DNA of 64,000 nucleotides from Octopus sinensis (GCF_006345805.1 NC_043001.1:80290001-80354000); one strand, 5' to 3'; positions 23,490 through 37,024 are shown, numbered from the stretch's first letter. Made by a program: numbers and translations. Notes: generated by a model not told the origin, from the sequence alone.

Positions 23490-23800
23490 ACATGATCTCG
23501 GGTCGTCGGCGACTAAACCGGCAACCCCACCAAGCTTGCTTGGTGAGGAGAGTGTTTATTGGTCACCCTGTGGGATGAAAAACAAAACCCGTCAAAGGGC
23601 GGAGGAACTCTTGAGAGTCAACGGCCATCCAATAAATGTCTTAGGGCTGTATCATGCGCGGGGGACATAGAAATAATCGGACTGAATACCCGATCGCGTG
23701 GTTAAACCATTGGGAGTGAAGGACTCCTAGCCTTTGTTAGGGCATCCTTCATGGAGAAGGTAACTCACGTAACTGGGATAGCTCCGACATAAAACCTGTA
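23490..23800 (+). mobile_element. Possible LINE (RTE-like) 5' UTR fragment
   Basis: GC-richer island between microsatellites. The end gggcatccttcatggagaaggtaactc…aaaacc resembles RTE 5' UTR motifs as I recall them. Confidence 0.3.
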
Positions 23801-23831
<31 letters not shown>

Positions 23832-23864
23832 TATATATATCTATATATATATATATATATATAT

Positions 23865-25575
23865 ATATGTTAATAAAATAGAATATATGCATATATATAA
23901 ACATATATGTACGTACCTACCTCTACATGTACATATACACGCATATATGTGTACAGACACCAAAAAGACGTCGAACACATAGAGAGACGAAACACATAGA
24001 CACAAACCAGGAACACAAGCAAAAAAGGAGAGATACAGGACAATAAGCACAACGAAAAAACCCCCTTCTTCAGTCGCTAAGATTTCATCTACTAAACGTT
24101 TCGAAGGATAAAAGCGAGACGTATACTTCGAAGAAAAATTCCTTCCCGCGAAAAGCAAATCAATTAAAATTCTGAGATCTTTTCGCAGAGGGGTAAAAAA
24201 AAAAGCAAGACGGTAACGACAGTACCAAACATATAAACAGTAAAAAATATTATATAAACAGTGGAAAAATAAATATATAACAGTGAGAGACAAGACAAGG
24301 AGAACAAGATAAGAAGGGCTGTTAACGCCAGACGAAAAAAGTATTGTAAACGCTGGATTATCGTGGAAGACAGAGAGGGAAATTTTGTCAACCAGAAGCC
24401 TTGCAAGGCGGGAGAGAAAAGACAGGATAGCAGTTACGACGGAAGTATCGTCGCAGAGGATGACGGGAATGGGGGAGGAGGAGCAAGAGGAAGAGAGAGA
24501 GAAGAAGGGGAATGGTGTGAGGAGACCATGAAGAATGGTGAAAGGGAGAGAGAGAATGAGAATGGAGAGAGAGGAAGAGACAAGTTAAGTGAGGGAAAAA
24601 AAGACGAAAAAGGAATGGGAGAGAAAGAAAGAAAGATGCAGAGTCGCGTGAGAGTTAATATCAAGGCTAACTTGATAAACAGAACAATCTTACTTAGTAG
24701 GGTGCGTGCGTTTAATCGTATAATATGTTAAAAAATAGATATATGCATATATATAAACATATATGTACGTACCTACCTCTACATGTACATATACACGCAT
24801 ATATGTGTACAGGACACCAAAAAGACGTCGAACACATAGAGAGACGAAACACATAGACACAACCAAGGAACAAGACAAGCAAAAAAGGGAGAGATACAGG
24901 ACAATAAGCACAACGAAAAAACCCCCTTCTTCAGTCGCTAAGATTTCATCTACTAAACGTTTCGAAGGATAAAAGCGAGACGTATACTTCGAAGAAAAAT
25001 TCCTTCCTCCCGCGAAAAGCAAATCAATTAAAATTCTGAGATCTTTTCGCAGAGGGGTAAAAAAAAAGGCAAGACGGTAACGACAGTACAAACATATAAA
25101 CAGTAAAAAATATATATAAACAGTGGAAAAATAAATATATAACAGTGAGAGACAAGACAAGGAGAACAAGATAGAAGGGCTGTTAACGCCAGACGAAAAA
25201 AGTATTGTAACGCTGGTTATCGTGGAAGACAGAGGGAAATTTTGTCAACCAGAGCCTTGCAAGGCGGGAGAGAAAGGACAGGATAGCAGTTACGACGGAA
25301 GTATCGTCGCAGATGGATGACGGGAATGGGGGGGAGGAGGAGCAGAGGAAGAGAGAGAGAAGAAGGGGATGGTGTGAGGAGACCATGAAGAATGGTGAAA
25401 GGAGAGAGAGATGAAGAATGAGAGAGAGAGGAGAGACAAGTTAAGTGAGGGAAAAAAAGACGAAAGGGAATGGGAGAGAAAGAAAGAAAGATGCAGAGTC
25501 GCGTGAGAGTTAATATCAAGGCTAACTTGATAACAGAACAATCTTACTTAGTAGGGTGCGTGCGTTAATCGTATA
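23865..25575. repeat. Tandem duplication of an ~858-bp unit (23865-24722, 24723-25575)
   Basis: The two copies are co-linear and differ mostly by 1-5 nt indels. ATATGTTAA occurs at all three junctions. Confidence 0.95.
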
Positions 25576-25599
25576 ATATGTTAATATACATATTCATAT

Positions 25600-26740
25600 A
25601 CAAAGCAACCTAGGTTCTCGATCATAATTTAGTCTGTTCGAAGACCGAATTGTTCGAGAACCGAATCATCTTTTCCGATTACAATTAATGTAAAAGTGAT
25701 TAATTCGTTTCCAAGCACCAGGTGAATGCTTATTTACACACTTACACTATATATTTTGGTACAAAAACGTGTACTCAAACTGTAATTAAAACACAAAAGT
25801 GTGTTATTTCTTAGAAGGGGAGACCTCTTCCATAAAACCTTCTGGTAACTGTCTTTTGGTGGGGGGTTCTTCCCTTCTCTGTCTCTGGCTCTGGCTCAAG
25901 AAAATCTTTCTCTGGTGTTTCTTTTCTTTTTTGTTTCAGTAAAGCCTGTTCAATGTTAGTTGTTTTTGCCTGAGTTGTAAACTGTTTCTAAAATGAGACA
26001 TGACATCGTCATTGAAAAGGTTTACTGCTATATTTGCTACCACTGTATCAGAGTGCTATTTTCCCACAAAACGTTGCACATCACTCCATATAGCACAAAT
26101 GTCATTGATTAAAGAACTTGGGACACCCTCCTTTCCTCTCTTCTCAGAAGCCATTTCCTCAGCCAAAGTCTTTTGCTGTTCATTTTGAAGGTGTACCTGC
26201 TCTTCGGTGGTCCTCCACCAGCTCTTCAATATCTTCACTGTCCATAGTTTTCCTTATAGAGACAATATCACCAACAATAGCAATTTCCTCGACAGCAGCA
26301 GTACTTGTAGCTCTCTCAAACCCCTCAAAGTCTCGTTCTGGTACATAGTCTGGCCCGTGTTTCCTCCATGCTGAATTCATGGTTCTGAAACTCATTTGGT
26401 CCCATGCATTATCAATACAATTTACACAATTCAGAATATTGAAATGAATTTTCCAAAATTCTTTGAGAATTGACAGAGTGTCATTTGTGACTTGAAAACA
26501 CTTTCGAAACAGGGCTTTTGTGTAAAGTCTCTTAAAGTTTGCGATTACCTATTAGTCCATTGGTTGTATTAGAGGAATTGTGTTAGGTGGCAGGTATTTG
26601 ACCTGAATAAAATCATACTCTTCAACTAAGTTATCCTCAAAACCTGGAGGGTGAGCGGGAGCATTGTCTAACACGAGAAGGCATTTTAGTGAACACAATT
26701 GTTTTTCTCTCAATTTCTCTTTTTCCTTTACCAGTATCAA
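25600..26740 (-). mobile_element. Tigger1-like pogo transposon, 3' part
   Basis: CLLVLDNAPAHPP…VKYLPPNTIPLIQPMD, EFWKIHFNILNC…NSAWRK…PERDFEGFE…EELVEDH, and a TIR-like end near 25600. Confidence 0.92.
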
Positions 26741-26931
26741 TGCTAGCTTTCTTTGGAGCCATGACGAAGGGCTAATGAAGAGAAAAAAAGGCACAGTAAA
26801 ATAAAATCGGAAAAGAAAAGCACAATACACGAATGTATACGACTCAGAAATGATTCCATTCAGGTTAACTCGGTTCGACTCAGTTCGGCAATGTTGTTCA
26901 AGAATCGAGGTTGCTCTGTATATATGCATAT

Positions 26932-27069
<138 letters not shown>

Positions 27070-27121
27070 GTAACCAGAATATTATATCATTATTATTGGT
27101 ATTAATCATTATTTTGCACAA

Positions 27122-27375
27122 CTGTCGTTTCGACCCATCCTGCTACTGTCCCTTATGGGTGGGACTCCGTTCAACATCTGTTGCAACCATTTTGCAGTCT
27201 GGGTCTCATCAGATACATCCATACATAAAGCTGTGTCTCGCTAAACATGACAGCCAAGACTCAGGATATTTGGCGAGACAAAACTGATGAGACCAAAACT
27301 ACAAAATGGATGCAACATAATGTTGAACGGCATCCCACTCATAAAGAACAGTAGCAGAATGGGTCGAAACGACAC
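27122..27375. ncRNA. Head-to-head pair of homologous hammerhead motifs (minus 27122-27212; plus 27284-27372)
   Basis: Both read CUGAUGA-GACC(CA)…(U)GGGUC-GAAACGAC with the same ~65-nt stem II loop. Confidence 0.75.
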
Positions 27376-27599
27376 AGCGCCAAGGATATAAAGAGACGAG
27401 TCATGAGAGACATAAAACATTTTGAGGGGATGGAAAGAGAATGGGGTTAGATTCTTGCACAATATCCAGGATACACAGGATGTCAATGATGCTGATGATT
27501 CAAACAGTGGTTGTAATGATGACAGTAACATGTAGCAATGTACGCCAGGAATTGTGGATGCTGAAATGAAAGGAGCGATTTAGTACTTATTCCACAAAA

Positions 27600-27720
27600 A
27601 TGCAGTAAATACCGATAACAAATTTTCCACTGGGTTAATAAAATGAAATAACGATCTGATAACCATGGTTCTCCCCATGCTGTGTAACAAAATCTGTGAG
27701 ACGGACAAATGAAAGACAGA
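27600..27720 (+). pseudogene. Possible RTE RT N-terminal relic
   Basis: MVLPMLCNKICETDK resembles RTE L..LCNKIWETG.W. Confidence 0.3.
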
Positions 27721-27904
27721 ATTAATGCAAGCAGTCGTCAATGCACTGCTCATGGTTACAGACTTTGCTAACTGCTCGTAACACCCTACTGTAGTCCTCT
27801 TCATACACTCAACCAAGAAATCAGTGCAAGCCATGGTGCACAGTTACCAACTCTGAGATCACTCGGCATATTATGAAGAGATTGCCCTCACCAAACTCAT
27901 CAAG

Positions 27905-28140
27905 CTATAGTAAGAAGCTTGCCTCCCGACCACATGGTTCCGAATGCAGTCCCACTGCATGGCACCTAGGACAGGTGTCTTCTACAATAACATAGAGCCG
28001 ACCCAAACCGCCTTGTGAGTGGGTTTGGTAGATAGAAGCTGAAAGAAATCTATCACATGTGTGTATGTGTATGTGAGTGTGTGTGCGTACGCGCATGTGC
28101 GTGTCCTTGTGTCTGTGTCTGTCCCCACCATCGCTTGACC
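27905..28140 (+). mobile_element. SINE family A, truncated at 28140 by the subrepeat element
   Basis: Head, short microsatellite and the start of the tail (tgtccccaccatcgcttgac). Confidence 0.8.
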
Positions 28141-28149
28141 CTGCTGATA

Positions 28150-29199
28150 TCTGTTACGTTCTGATTGGCTAAGGCATATGGTGGGTCATAGCTATGAACA
28201 GAACGAAATGTGTGGTATAGTGAGTCACTGCCGTCTTAACGCATTGATACATTTGGTAGTTGCGCAGGGGTTCCACAGGTCTGGAGTCCCAATTCTGATC
28301 TATGTATGATTTGCCTTTCTGTCAATAAATAAACACGATAGGGCCCAGTACATTGACTCACGCAGGTGTCACCAATGCTCTTAAGACGGCCCTGTAGTTA
28401 GGTGAGATATGTGGTCGGTCAAAGTCCGAAAGAAAATCAGGTGATTGGTTAAGAAACAGAAGATCGTGTGATGTGATTAGGGCCCAGTACATTAAATTAC
28501 ACATGCGTCCTCAATGCTCCTAACACGGCCCTGTAGTTAGGCCAGATATGTGTTTGTTAGGAAGATTGTATGATGTGATTGGTTGAGTTGTGCAGCGAGA
28601 TATGGTTTATGAAGCAATCAGGGAATTGTGTAATGTGATTGGCTGAGAAGTGTAAGTGATCATTATTTGAAAAGCAATCAGGAAATTGTGCAATGTGATT
28701 GGTTGAGGCATGTAGTGATTTATGTTTATATGCCAATCAGAGAATCGTGGGATATCATTGATTGAAATGTGTGGTGAGTCACAATTTATAAAGCAGAAAA
28801 TGGTGTGATGTGATTGGTTGAGATATCTGGAGTGTCACGGTCTATAAAACAGAGCATTCTGTGATGTGATTGGCCGAAATGTAGAAACGTCTAGTAAGTC
28901 ACAGCTATTTAAAAAGAAAATGGTGTGATGTGATTGCTTGAAATGTATAGTGAGTCATATATTATCGAACAGTCAGAGAGTGATGCAATGTGGTTGGTTA
29001 AGATTTGTGTTAAGAAATGACCATAACAGTGATAGCAAATGGCTTTGTATCATTGGTTTAGCTGTATGATGAGTCATGCTCCATAAATCAGAGTGTGAAT
29101 TATGTTCCGCGATTGGTTGTGGATGTATGTGTGTCATGACCCATAAAACAGAGAGTAAAGATGATACTATAGTATAACACTATCATGATGTAATTATGC

Positions 29200-29239
<40 letters not shown>

Positions 29240-29470
29240 TAGTCTAATGATAAAATGATATAATATAATATAATGATATATGATGAAAAAAATTAAATTT
29301 AAAAATAGTTATAATGTTAACTGAAAGAAAGAAATATTATAAAATGAATTAGGTGGAAAAGTGAGAGAGGAAATAAAATTTCATAAAATGAAAATGAAAA
29401 TACAAATTAAAATAATAACGACGATAAAAATCAACATAAAATATAAAAAAGAGCGATTAAATACGTTGTG
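28150..29470 (+). repeat. Unclassified element: array of degenerate ~55-60 bp subrepeats (GTGATTGGTT…TGAGTCA…ATAAA) + (TAA)n + AT-rich tail
   Basis: More than 10 units with GATTGG, plus a ~139-bp duplication at ~28340 and ~28480. Confidence 0.8.
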
Positions 29471-29559
29471 TGTGTATGTGTGTGTGTGTAATCGCAAGAA
29501 TGAATACGCGGCTAAGGTGAATATTATTTCTCTAACTGTGTAACTCCACATCTAAAAAT

Positions 29560-29783
29560 CTTTTTCCTTTTATCAAAATTAATTTTACCATTATTTTTAA
29601 TGTTATGTTGATTATTTTTATCGTTATTTTTAATTTCTAATTCTTATTTTGTAAAAGTTTCCTTCATCTCACACCTTTCCACTTATTCTGTTTCATTTTA
29701 TTTTATGCTATTTTTCATTTCACTTAACATTATATAATTTTAGCATTATTTCATCATTTATTAATCTTTCATCATCATCATCA

Positions 29784-29842
<59 letters not shown>

Positions 29843-30085
29843 GTGTTGTTGTTGTTGTTGTTATCATTATTATTATTATTATCATACTATAAAATTATTA
29901 TATTACGTTCGCTCTCTGTTTTATGGGTCATAGCTCACCACACATCTCAACCAATCACGCTACCTAATTCTCTCCTTGTTTTATGAGCCATGACTGACCA
30001 CATATCTTAAGAAAATCACCCGAGATAATTCGCTCTATTTTATAACCGTGACTCACTACACACCTCAACCAATCAGAACTTGTCA
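29560..30085 (-). repeat. Inverted, shorter (3-unit) copy of the 28150-29470 element
   Basis: Reverse complement shares the start gttctgattgg, the array end atgacccataaaacagagag, the (TAA)n tract and tail motifs (acgataaaaat…caacataa; gtggaaa…gtgaga). Confidence 0.75.
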
Positions 30086-30387
30086 GAAAGTTATATCTTT
30101 AACCCTCCTTCAATTACTGCTCCAATAAATACACCAAATACCCCTCTTATTTTCATTAGTCTTTTGCGTTAGACATTTTTATCATAACGTTCGTTCGAGA
30201 TTTATTCCGTTATTTTATTATTTTTTGTTTTTCAAGGAAAATACTTTACCAATGCATAAAACACAACTGTGATTGTCAACAGTAGCCTCACCAAGGAAAC
30301 ACTCACAAATATAAGCATGTATATAACCACACACGTGCTTTTAAAAAACTATTCTTTTCCTTCTCTTTGAACTTTTTCCTCTTTCCT

Positions 30388-30538
30388 CCTTCTGACGAAG
30401 AGCCAACGCTCGAAACGTCACGATCCCTCCCTTTTCCATCTTAAACTGAGCGTCAACGAAATTAATACATTCACTGTGTAGGTCCTCTCGACTATTGCTG
30501 TTTTTGTTTCTACTTTTGTTTTATTTTTAAATTGCCTG

Positions 30539-30545
<7 letters not shown>
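30388..30545 (+). ncRNA. Minimal hammerhead (canonical core 30392-30419) in a short element ending in (TA)n
   Basis: CUGACGA-A-GAGC-caac-GCUC-GAAA-C-GUC. The 3' strand of stem I is decayed. Confidence 0.75.
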
Positions 30546-30586
<41 letters not shown>

Positions 30587-30614
30587 GTACATACGTGAAT
30601 ACATTCATACTTAT

Positions 30615-30658
<44 letters not shown>

Positions 30659-30679
30659 GCATACATATATATTTGTGTG

Positions 30680-30960
30680 TGGCTGTGAAGGATCCTGGCT
30701 CAGTGGTTAGAGCGTCGGGCTCACAATCATGAAGTAGTGAGTTCGATTCCCGGACCAGGCTGTGTATTGTTCTTAAGGAAGATGCTTTATTCCATGTTCC
30801 TTTCTCTTGGATAACATCAGTGTCGTGTAGAGGAGAGGCTGGTATGCATGGGCGACTGCTGGCCATCCATAAACAACCTTACCCGGACTCGTGTCTCGGA
30901 GAGTAACTTGAACTTGCTAGGTGCAATCTCATGGTCATTCGTGACCAAAGGGGGTCATTA
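30680..30960 (+). mobile_element. tRNA-derived SINE (family C)
   Basis: A box TGGCTCAGTGG, B box GTTCGATTCC, followed by a non-tRNA body. Confidence 0.8.
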
Positions 30961-31069
30961 CTCTTTGCCCTTTGTGTATGTGTGCATGTATGTATGTAAA
31001 CATGCATATAAAGAAATTTCTGTTTCTATATACAAGTGTTTCAATAGTTTTATCCCCAGTTCTGCAGTG

Positions 31070-31400
31070 CATCGCTAAAAGATGGATTTAACTGATGATC
31101 TAAGCATGACTTCATTGAAATTCATAAAGGCATGAAAATATCAGTTATGTTCTCTGAGCATATTCTTACATGAATTTGCTCGGTAATACTTCAACAACGA
31201 GGTTGAGGGAGTTTAAGGCCGATTGTAATCGTCATTGAATTTTGATGTTGATGTTATTGATCTTCACCTCAGCCCTGTCGGAGCAGTCTTTTTATGCACA
31301 TCAAAAGACAAGACGTGGCTCACAGATCGATATGCAAGCTAAGGTATAGGGCCCTAACGAATAAAGTTACACTGTCTGCTTATATATCTATTTCACTGAC
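31070..31400 (-). pseudogene. Possible PLE RT N-terminal relic
   Basis: Weak VHK…R.RSITS…FMNFNEVML similarity to the PLE PK.HK…RPI.S…FDV..L motifs. Confidence 0.3.
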
Positions 31401-32090
31401 ATTTTTTTTCCTTCTTTATGCTCTTAGGATTGGTGACATGACAGCTGGTATTTTTAGCCAACGCGGTGTAGTTTCTTCTGTAGATGTGGGTTATTTTGTC
31501 CAGAACGAACAAAATCTGATCAGGGTATTTACTAGTGTTGATGATAGTTAAAATCGCGTCGATGCATGCTTGAGGCTGTTATGTAAATATAACCACCCTG
31601 TGTCCAGTAATATGTTCATGAGTAACATAGTGCTTGGTGAAGATACAATTTTTTCCTACATTCCCGCCGATTCCGAGAGTGTGACAATGTTGGTACAAGA
31701 AGGTGTTTTGTTTCTACAGAGAATGGGTTCTTGTAAAATAGAAGAAATATGGAGTTATCATAGTTTTCTATGATCTTATCTTATTTTGTTTTTATCGTCC
31801 AACTTTTATTTTATTTTGCTTTTTATTTGCATTTTATTTTCTCACTCAAACATTAATATGTACATACACACAGTCATTCACAAATAAGTATACACACGCG
31901 AACATAAACAAGTGCACACACACACACACACACATACACATACACTTAGACACAGACACATATATATACACATGCGTACACACAAAAGCATAGACACATA
32001 CTACAGTAAATGTGTATGTGTGCATGTATATTTACGTGTTAAGTCATTCACACGTATGTATAGATTGTGACTATGTATGTGTGTGTGTAA

Positions 32091-32165
<75 letters not shown>

Positions 32166-32439
32166 CTCATACATATTTTTCTGCAACGTATGTTTGTGGG
32201 TGCATGTGATTGAAATTATATCCTATATTAATCGATACAAGATATATGTACTTAATGTAACAATGAACAGGAAGCACACACACACAGACGCACACATACG
32301 CACATATCTATACACATAGGTGTATGGGTATATGCGCGACGTTAGGTGTCGTCAAGGGTTGAGAAGAGGAGGTGAACCAGTTCTGATGCTTTCATATTTT
32401 TTCTTTTTTACAACAAATAAGTATCACAAAATTATTAGT

Positions 32440-32588
32440 GAGTTGGTGTTATCATCATCGTCATCAGGGTCATCATCGTCATCATCATCTTTATCATAAT
32501 CACCACCACTAACACCATCATCATCATCATCAACATCATCGCCATCATCAGCATTACCATCATCATCATCATATAAATGTCAAAGTCG

Positions 32589-32624
<36 letters not shown>

Positions 32625-32642
32625 ACAGTGTCATCGTCCTCG

Positions 32643-32680
<38 letters not shown>

Positions 32681-32860
32681 TGTGTCATCGTCCTCGTTGT
32701 TGTCATCATTATCATCATCATCATCATCCTCAGCATCATCATCAACATCATCATCATCATCAACAGTGTCACCGTCCTCGTCATCATCATCGTCATCATC
32801 ATCAACAGTGTCATCGTCCTCTTCATCATCATCATCATCATTATCGTCAACAACAGCAAC
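32440..32860. repeat. Compound (CAT)n microsatellite with higher-order units
   Basis: GTGTCATCGTCCTC-like spacer recurs four times within (TCA)n. Confidence 0.9.
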
Positions 32861-33213
32861 AACAAGAACCATTCGGAACACGGAAAACCTCTCTTTCACT
32901 ATTACCAACACCAAAAGAGAATACAGTTCACCCTCATCTGTGGTTTCGCTTTTAATTGTTGTTATTGTTGTTGTTATGCTCATTGCTTTGTATGTTTTTT
33001 TATCATTTCTGTTTCCTTTCTTTTTTTGCGTTTCTTTTTTTTTTCTTTGCTCCATCAATTTTTTTCTGTTTTGAAAAGCCCCTTTTTTTCTTTGTGCTTC
33101 TTTTTGAACCTATGTTGAAACGAAAAAGAAGTATAAATATATACATACATACAAACTCATATACGTATATATATATATATTATATATATATATAATATAT
33201 ATATATTATATAT

Positions 33214-33265
<52 letters not shown>

Positions 33266-33351
33266 GTGGTTGTTAGTATGTGTGTGTGTATATACATGTA
33301 TATATACATAAATATGTGTGTATAAAGTTTTATATATATTTACACACACGC

Positions 33352-33397
<46 letters not shown>

Positions 33398-33400
33398 GTA

Positions 33401-33437
<37 letters not shown>

Positions 33438-33488
33438 ATATATGTATATATATATATATACATACATACACACACTCACATACACATA

Positions 33489-33529
<41 letters not shown>

Positions 33530-33766
33530 CATGAAGTTTCATATTTATGAATACGTATGTATGTGCATATGTGTGTGTGTGTGTGTGTGTGTGCACGCCA
33601 GTGTGCGTGTCTTTATAATCATAGTATATACAGATACACAATGACATACGATAGAGGGACACCAGCCACTACGGAGATAAAAGAGAGGACGAAATGACAA
33701 GATATGTACAGTCATGTATTTAATATCATACAGACCTATTCTCTGCCTCTTTCTTCCCGTACTTAG

Positions 33767-33820
33767 AATTGCGCGGAATGGCTATACAAAGGAGATAGTG
33801 TGGAACCGTGTTATGTTTTG
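33767..33820 (+). other. Candidate 54-nt coding exon (unverified)
   Basis: Polypyrimidine tract + TTAG acceptor and TTG|GTAAGG donor, open in two frames (IARNGYTKEIVWNRVMF or NCAEWLYKGDSVEPCYVL). No homology recognised. Confidence 0.25.
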
Positions 33821-34095
33821 GTAAGGGAGTGGAGGCACTATGGTTTGCTTCGCCCTTTTTTATTTTTTTATCTTTTCATATTGGCATCTTTTTCGTTCTT
33901 CTGAGTTTTTTTTCTTGTTTTTGTTTCCTTGGCTATTTCTTCTTTTTTTTTTTCTATTCACCTTTATGTTTTTAGAATTTATTATTTTTACATTTATCTA
34001 GGTGTGTTTCGTGTGTTTGGAAAGACAGAAAATGTTATTGTTATTTTATTTTTTGTTATTGTTATTTTGTCTATTTCCGTGATTTTTTTTCTATA

Positions 34096-34153
<58 letters not shown>

Positions 34154-34321
34154 ATTTTGCTGTCATGAAATAAAGGCAGAAAGAAAAAAAAAACATTAAG
34201 GGAATAATAATTATTATGATGGAAAGATAGACAGACAAATAAGCAGTTTTTCAAAAAGACTGACAGACAGACACAAAGGCAGACAGATAGGCAGACAGAC
34301 AGATTAACAGATAGATGGATG

Positions 34322-34458
<137 letters not shown>

Positions 34459-34461
34459 TGG

Positions 34462-34497
<36 letters not shown>

Positions 34498-34767
34498 CGG
34501 ACAGATAGACGAAATGATAGAGAGTCAGACAGACAGACAGACAGACTGACAGCCTGATGGACGGTGTGAGAAAAACAACAGAGTAAGAAGTGTGTACGTG
34601 TGTGAGAGTGACTGGGACTGATAGATAGGATAACTACAGATGTATATCCATGCATATAAGCATGCCTGAATGCATGAATATGTCTGGATGCGTAGAATGA
34701 GAAAGATAAAACGATATGGGTTCAAAAGAATCAATCAAAATCTAGTATTCATATTCATATACATATA

Positions 34768-35002
34768 CAGGGTGGCCCAAAAGTAGATTTACAGTTATCG
34801 CATAGGTACTTTAAATTTCTTTTAAAACACTTTATTACATTAAAATTTTTATGTTACAAATGAAAAGGAAGCTTGACAAAATTAACTGAATTGGTATAGA
34901 ATAGTGGTTTCATATTTATTTTATAATTAAGATCTAAACTGTTAATATATGAATGCCAAAGAAATAGTTGAATAACTGTAAACCTACTTTTGGGCCACCC
35001 TC
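34768..35002. mobile_element. Tc1/mariner-type MITE
   Basis: ~31-bp TIRs CAGGGTGGCCCAAAAGTAGATTTACAGTTAT / ATAACTGTAAACCTACTTTTGGGCCACCCTC with TA flanks. Confidence 0.9.
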
Positions 35003-36208
35003 TATATAAATACACACATGGATTCACACACACATACATACATACATATATACATTTGTGTGTGTGTGTGTGTGTGTATATATACAGTTAGCACACACAA
35101 GAACACACCTATATGCATACATACATACATACATTAATATATACATACATACATACATACATACATACATACATAAATGCATGTGTATATGGGTATATTC
35201 ATAATTACGTATAGGTTTTGCTAGAGAATCTTCAAGAGATCTCAGTCGAAAAATATATGATAAGGGACTAATGGCGAGTAAAAATAGGGACTACAGAAAA
35301 ATAACACGGTGGGGGTGGAGATTATTAAAGTTAAACTAGTTGTAAATGGAACTGATGTTATTTTTTGCGTGCATATAAAACTATATATGTGTGTAAGCGT
35401 GCCTGCCGATTTTTAGTTTGTGTGTACTTCTGATCCTTTAGTGTGCGATACACGCACAAAGCTTTCAGACATATAGCAATGCTATTTTATATTTGTGTAT
35501 GTTTTTGCGTAAATTACATGCCTCAATATATTTGTATGTGTTTATGTAAGGTGCATACCTCTATATAAATATATGTGTTTATGAGCGTCATTAAGTTAGG
35601 TTCGTGTGCTGTGTGTTTATGATCATTGAGTGTGCGATATATACAAAAAAATTTCAGGCACACAAAAGTACCATTAAGTTATATTTGCACTTGTGTTTCA
35701 CAAACGTGTGTGTCTATGGTGCATATTCATATGTGTCTTCAAGTTACGTTCCTGTTTGTGCCTTTAAGCTGAGTGTTGTATGTATGCGTGTTTGGGTGAA
35801 TGTATATCTGCAAACTTTGTGTGTATATCTTGTAAACTTCAAGGATTGCGCGAGTTCGTGTAATGGCACATGTGCGTATATATATACATATATATTTGTG
35901 TTTTTGAGCATATCACTAAATATAATTCGTGTATGCGTTCGTGCGAGCGTTTGCATCATTTTTGTGCTTAGAGAAGCCTGTAAATTGTGTTTGTGCAGTT
36001 TTTTGTGTACTTGAGGAGTGAGTTTGTGTCTGTCTGTCTGAGAACGTGTTTCTGAGATGACTGTATTATTGCGTGTGCCAATAAGGTTTATATTTTTGGT
36101 GTATGAATCTATAATGTGCTATTGTGCGTGCCAGTAATAAGATGTGAGATAACGAGGAGGGCGGTAACTATATATGTATACATACATTTATATAAATATA
36201 TACATTAT

Positions 36209-36247
<39 letters not shown>

Positions 36248-36453
36248 ACTGTCCATTATTGGTGGACGGGTTAAAAGGCAGACATAATCATACGTTTAAC
36301 TCCTTTGGAAAAAACTGTTACTTTTATATCACACGACATAATCACTCGTTTGGCTTTTAGGAAACAAACAAAAAGGGCCCATTTACTTAGTAAGGTGTGG
36401 CAGAGGTTGGAACATCTGATATGACCGACGATGACACGTCTGGACATGTATAC

Positions 36454-36505
<52 letters not shown>

Positions 36506-36931
36506 CATATACACACACATATATATATACATACATATATTATACTATATATATACATATACATATATATATATACATATATATACATACATATATATAC
36601 ATATATATATGTATGTATATATGCATGTATATATATACACACATATATATATACATATATGCATATGCATTCATTCATTCATACATACTTACGTACATAC
36701 ATATATATATATACGTACGTGCATATACAAAACGGGCATATACACATACGCACTTGCATAAAACCTGCAAATCGTCAAGGGTTGTTGGTCGATCTGGTGT
36801 TTAGGTTACTGGTAGCTGTGGTGATGAGGGTATCCATAGTGATGAGAGCGTTAATGGTGGACAGAATAGCAGCAGAGACGGCAGTAGAGGTAGCAGCCGC
36901 AGCAGCAACAGCAGTCTCAGTAGTAGTAGTA

Positions 36932-36973
<42 letters not shown>

Positions 36974-36989
36974 CAATAGCAGCAGTCTC

Positions 36990-37024
<35 letters not shown>

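Noticed and set aside
24085-24200. GAAACGUU plus CUGCGA on the minus strand within the duplicated unit
   Set aside because: The core would need a deletion and stems I and II do not pair convincingly.
28150-29160. Regularly spaced repeats superficially like a CRISPR array
   Set aside because: Whole units are homologous and degenerate with no unique spacers, the context is eukaryotic and there are no cas genes.
32435-33074. Acidic poly-Asp / poly-Ser ORFs
   Set aside because: Fully explained by a (CAT)n microsatellite open in several frames, with no splice or homology support. The same applies to 56084-56726.
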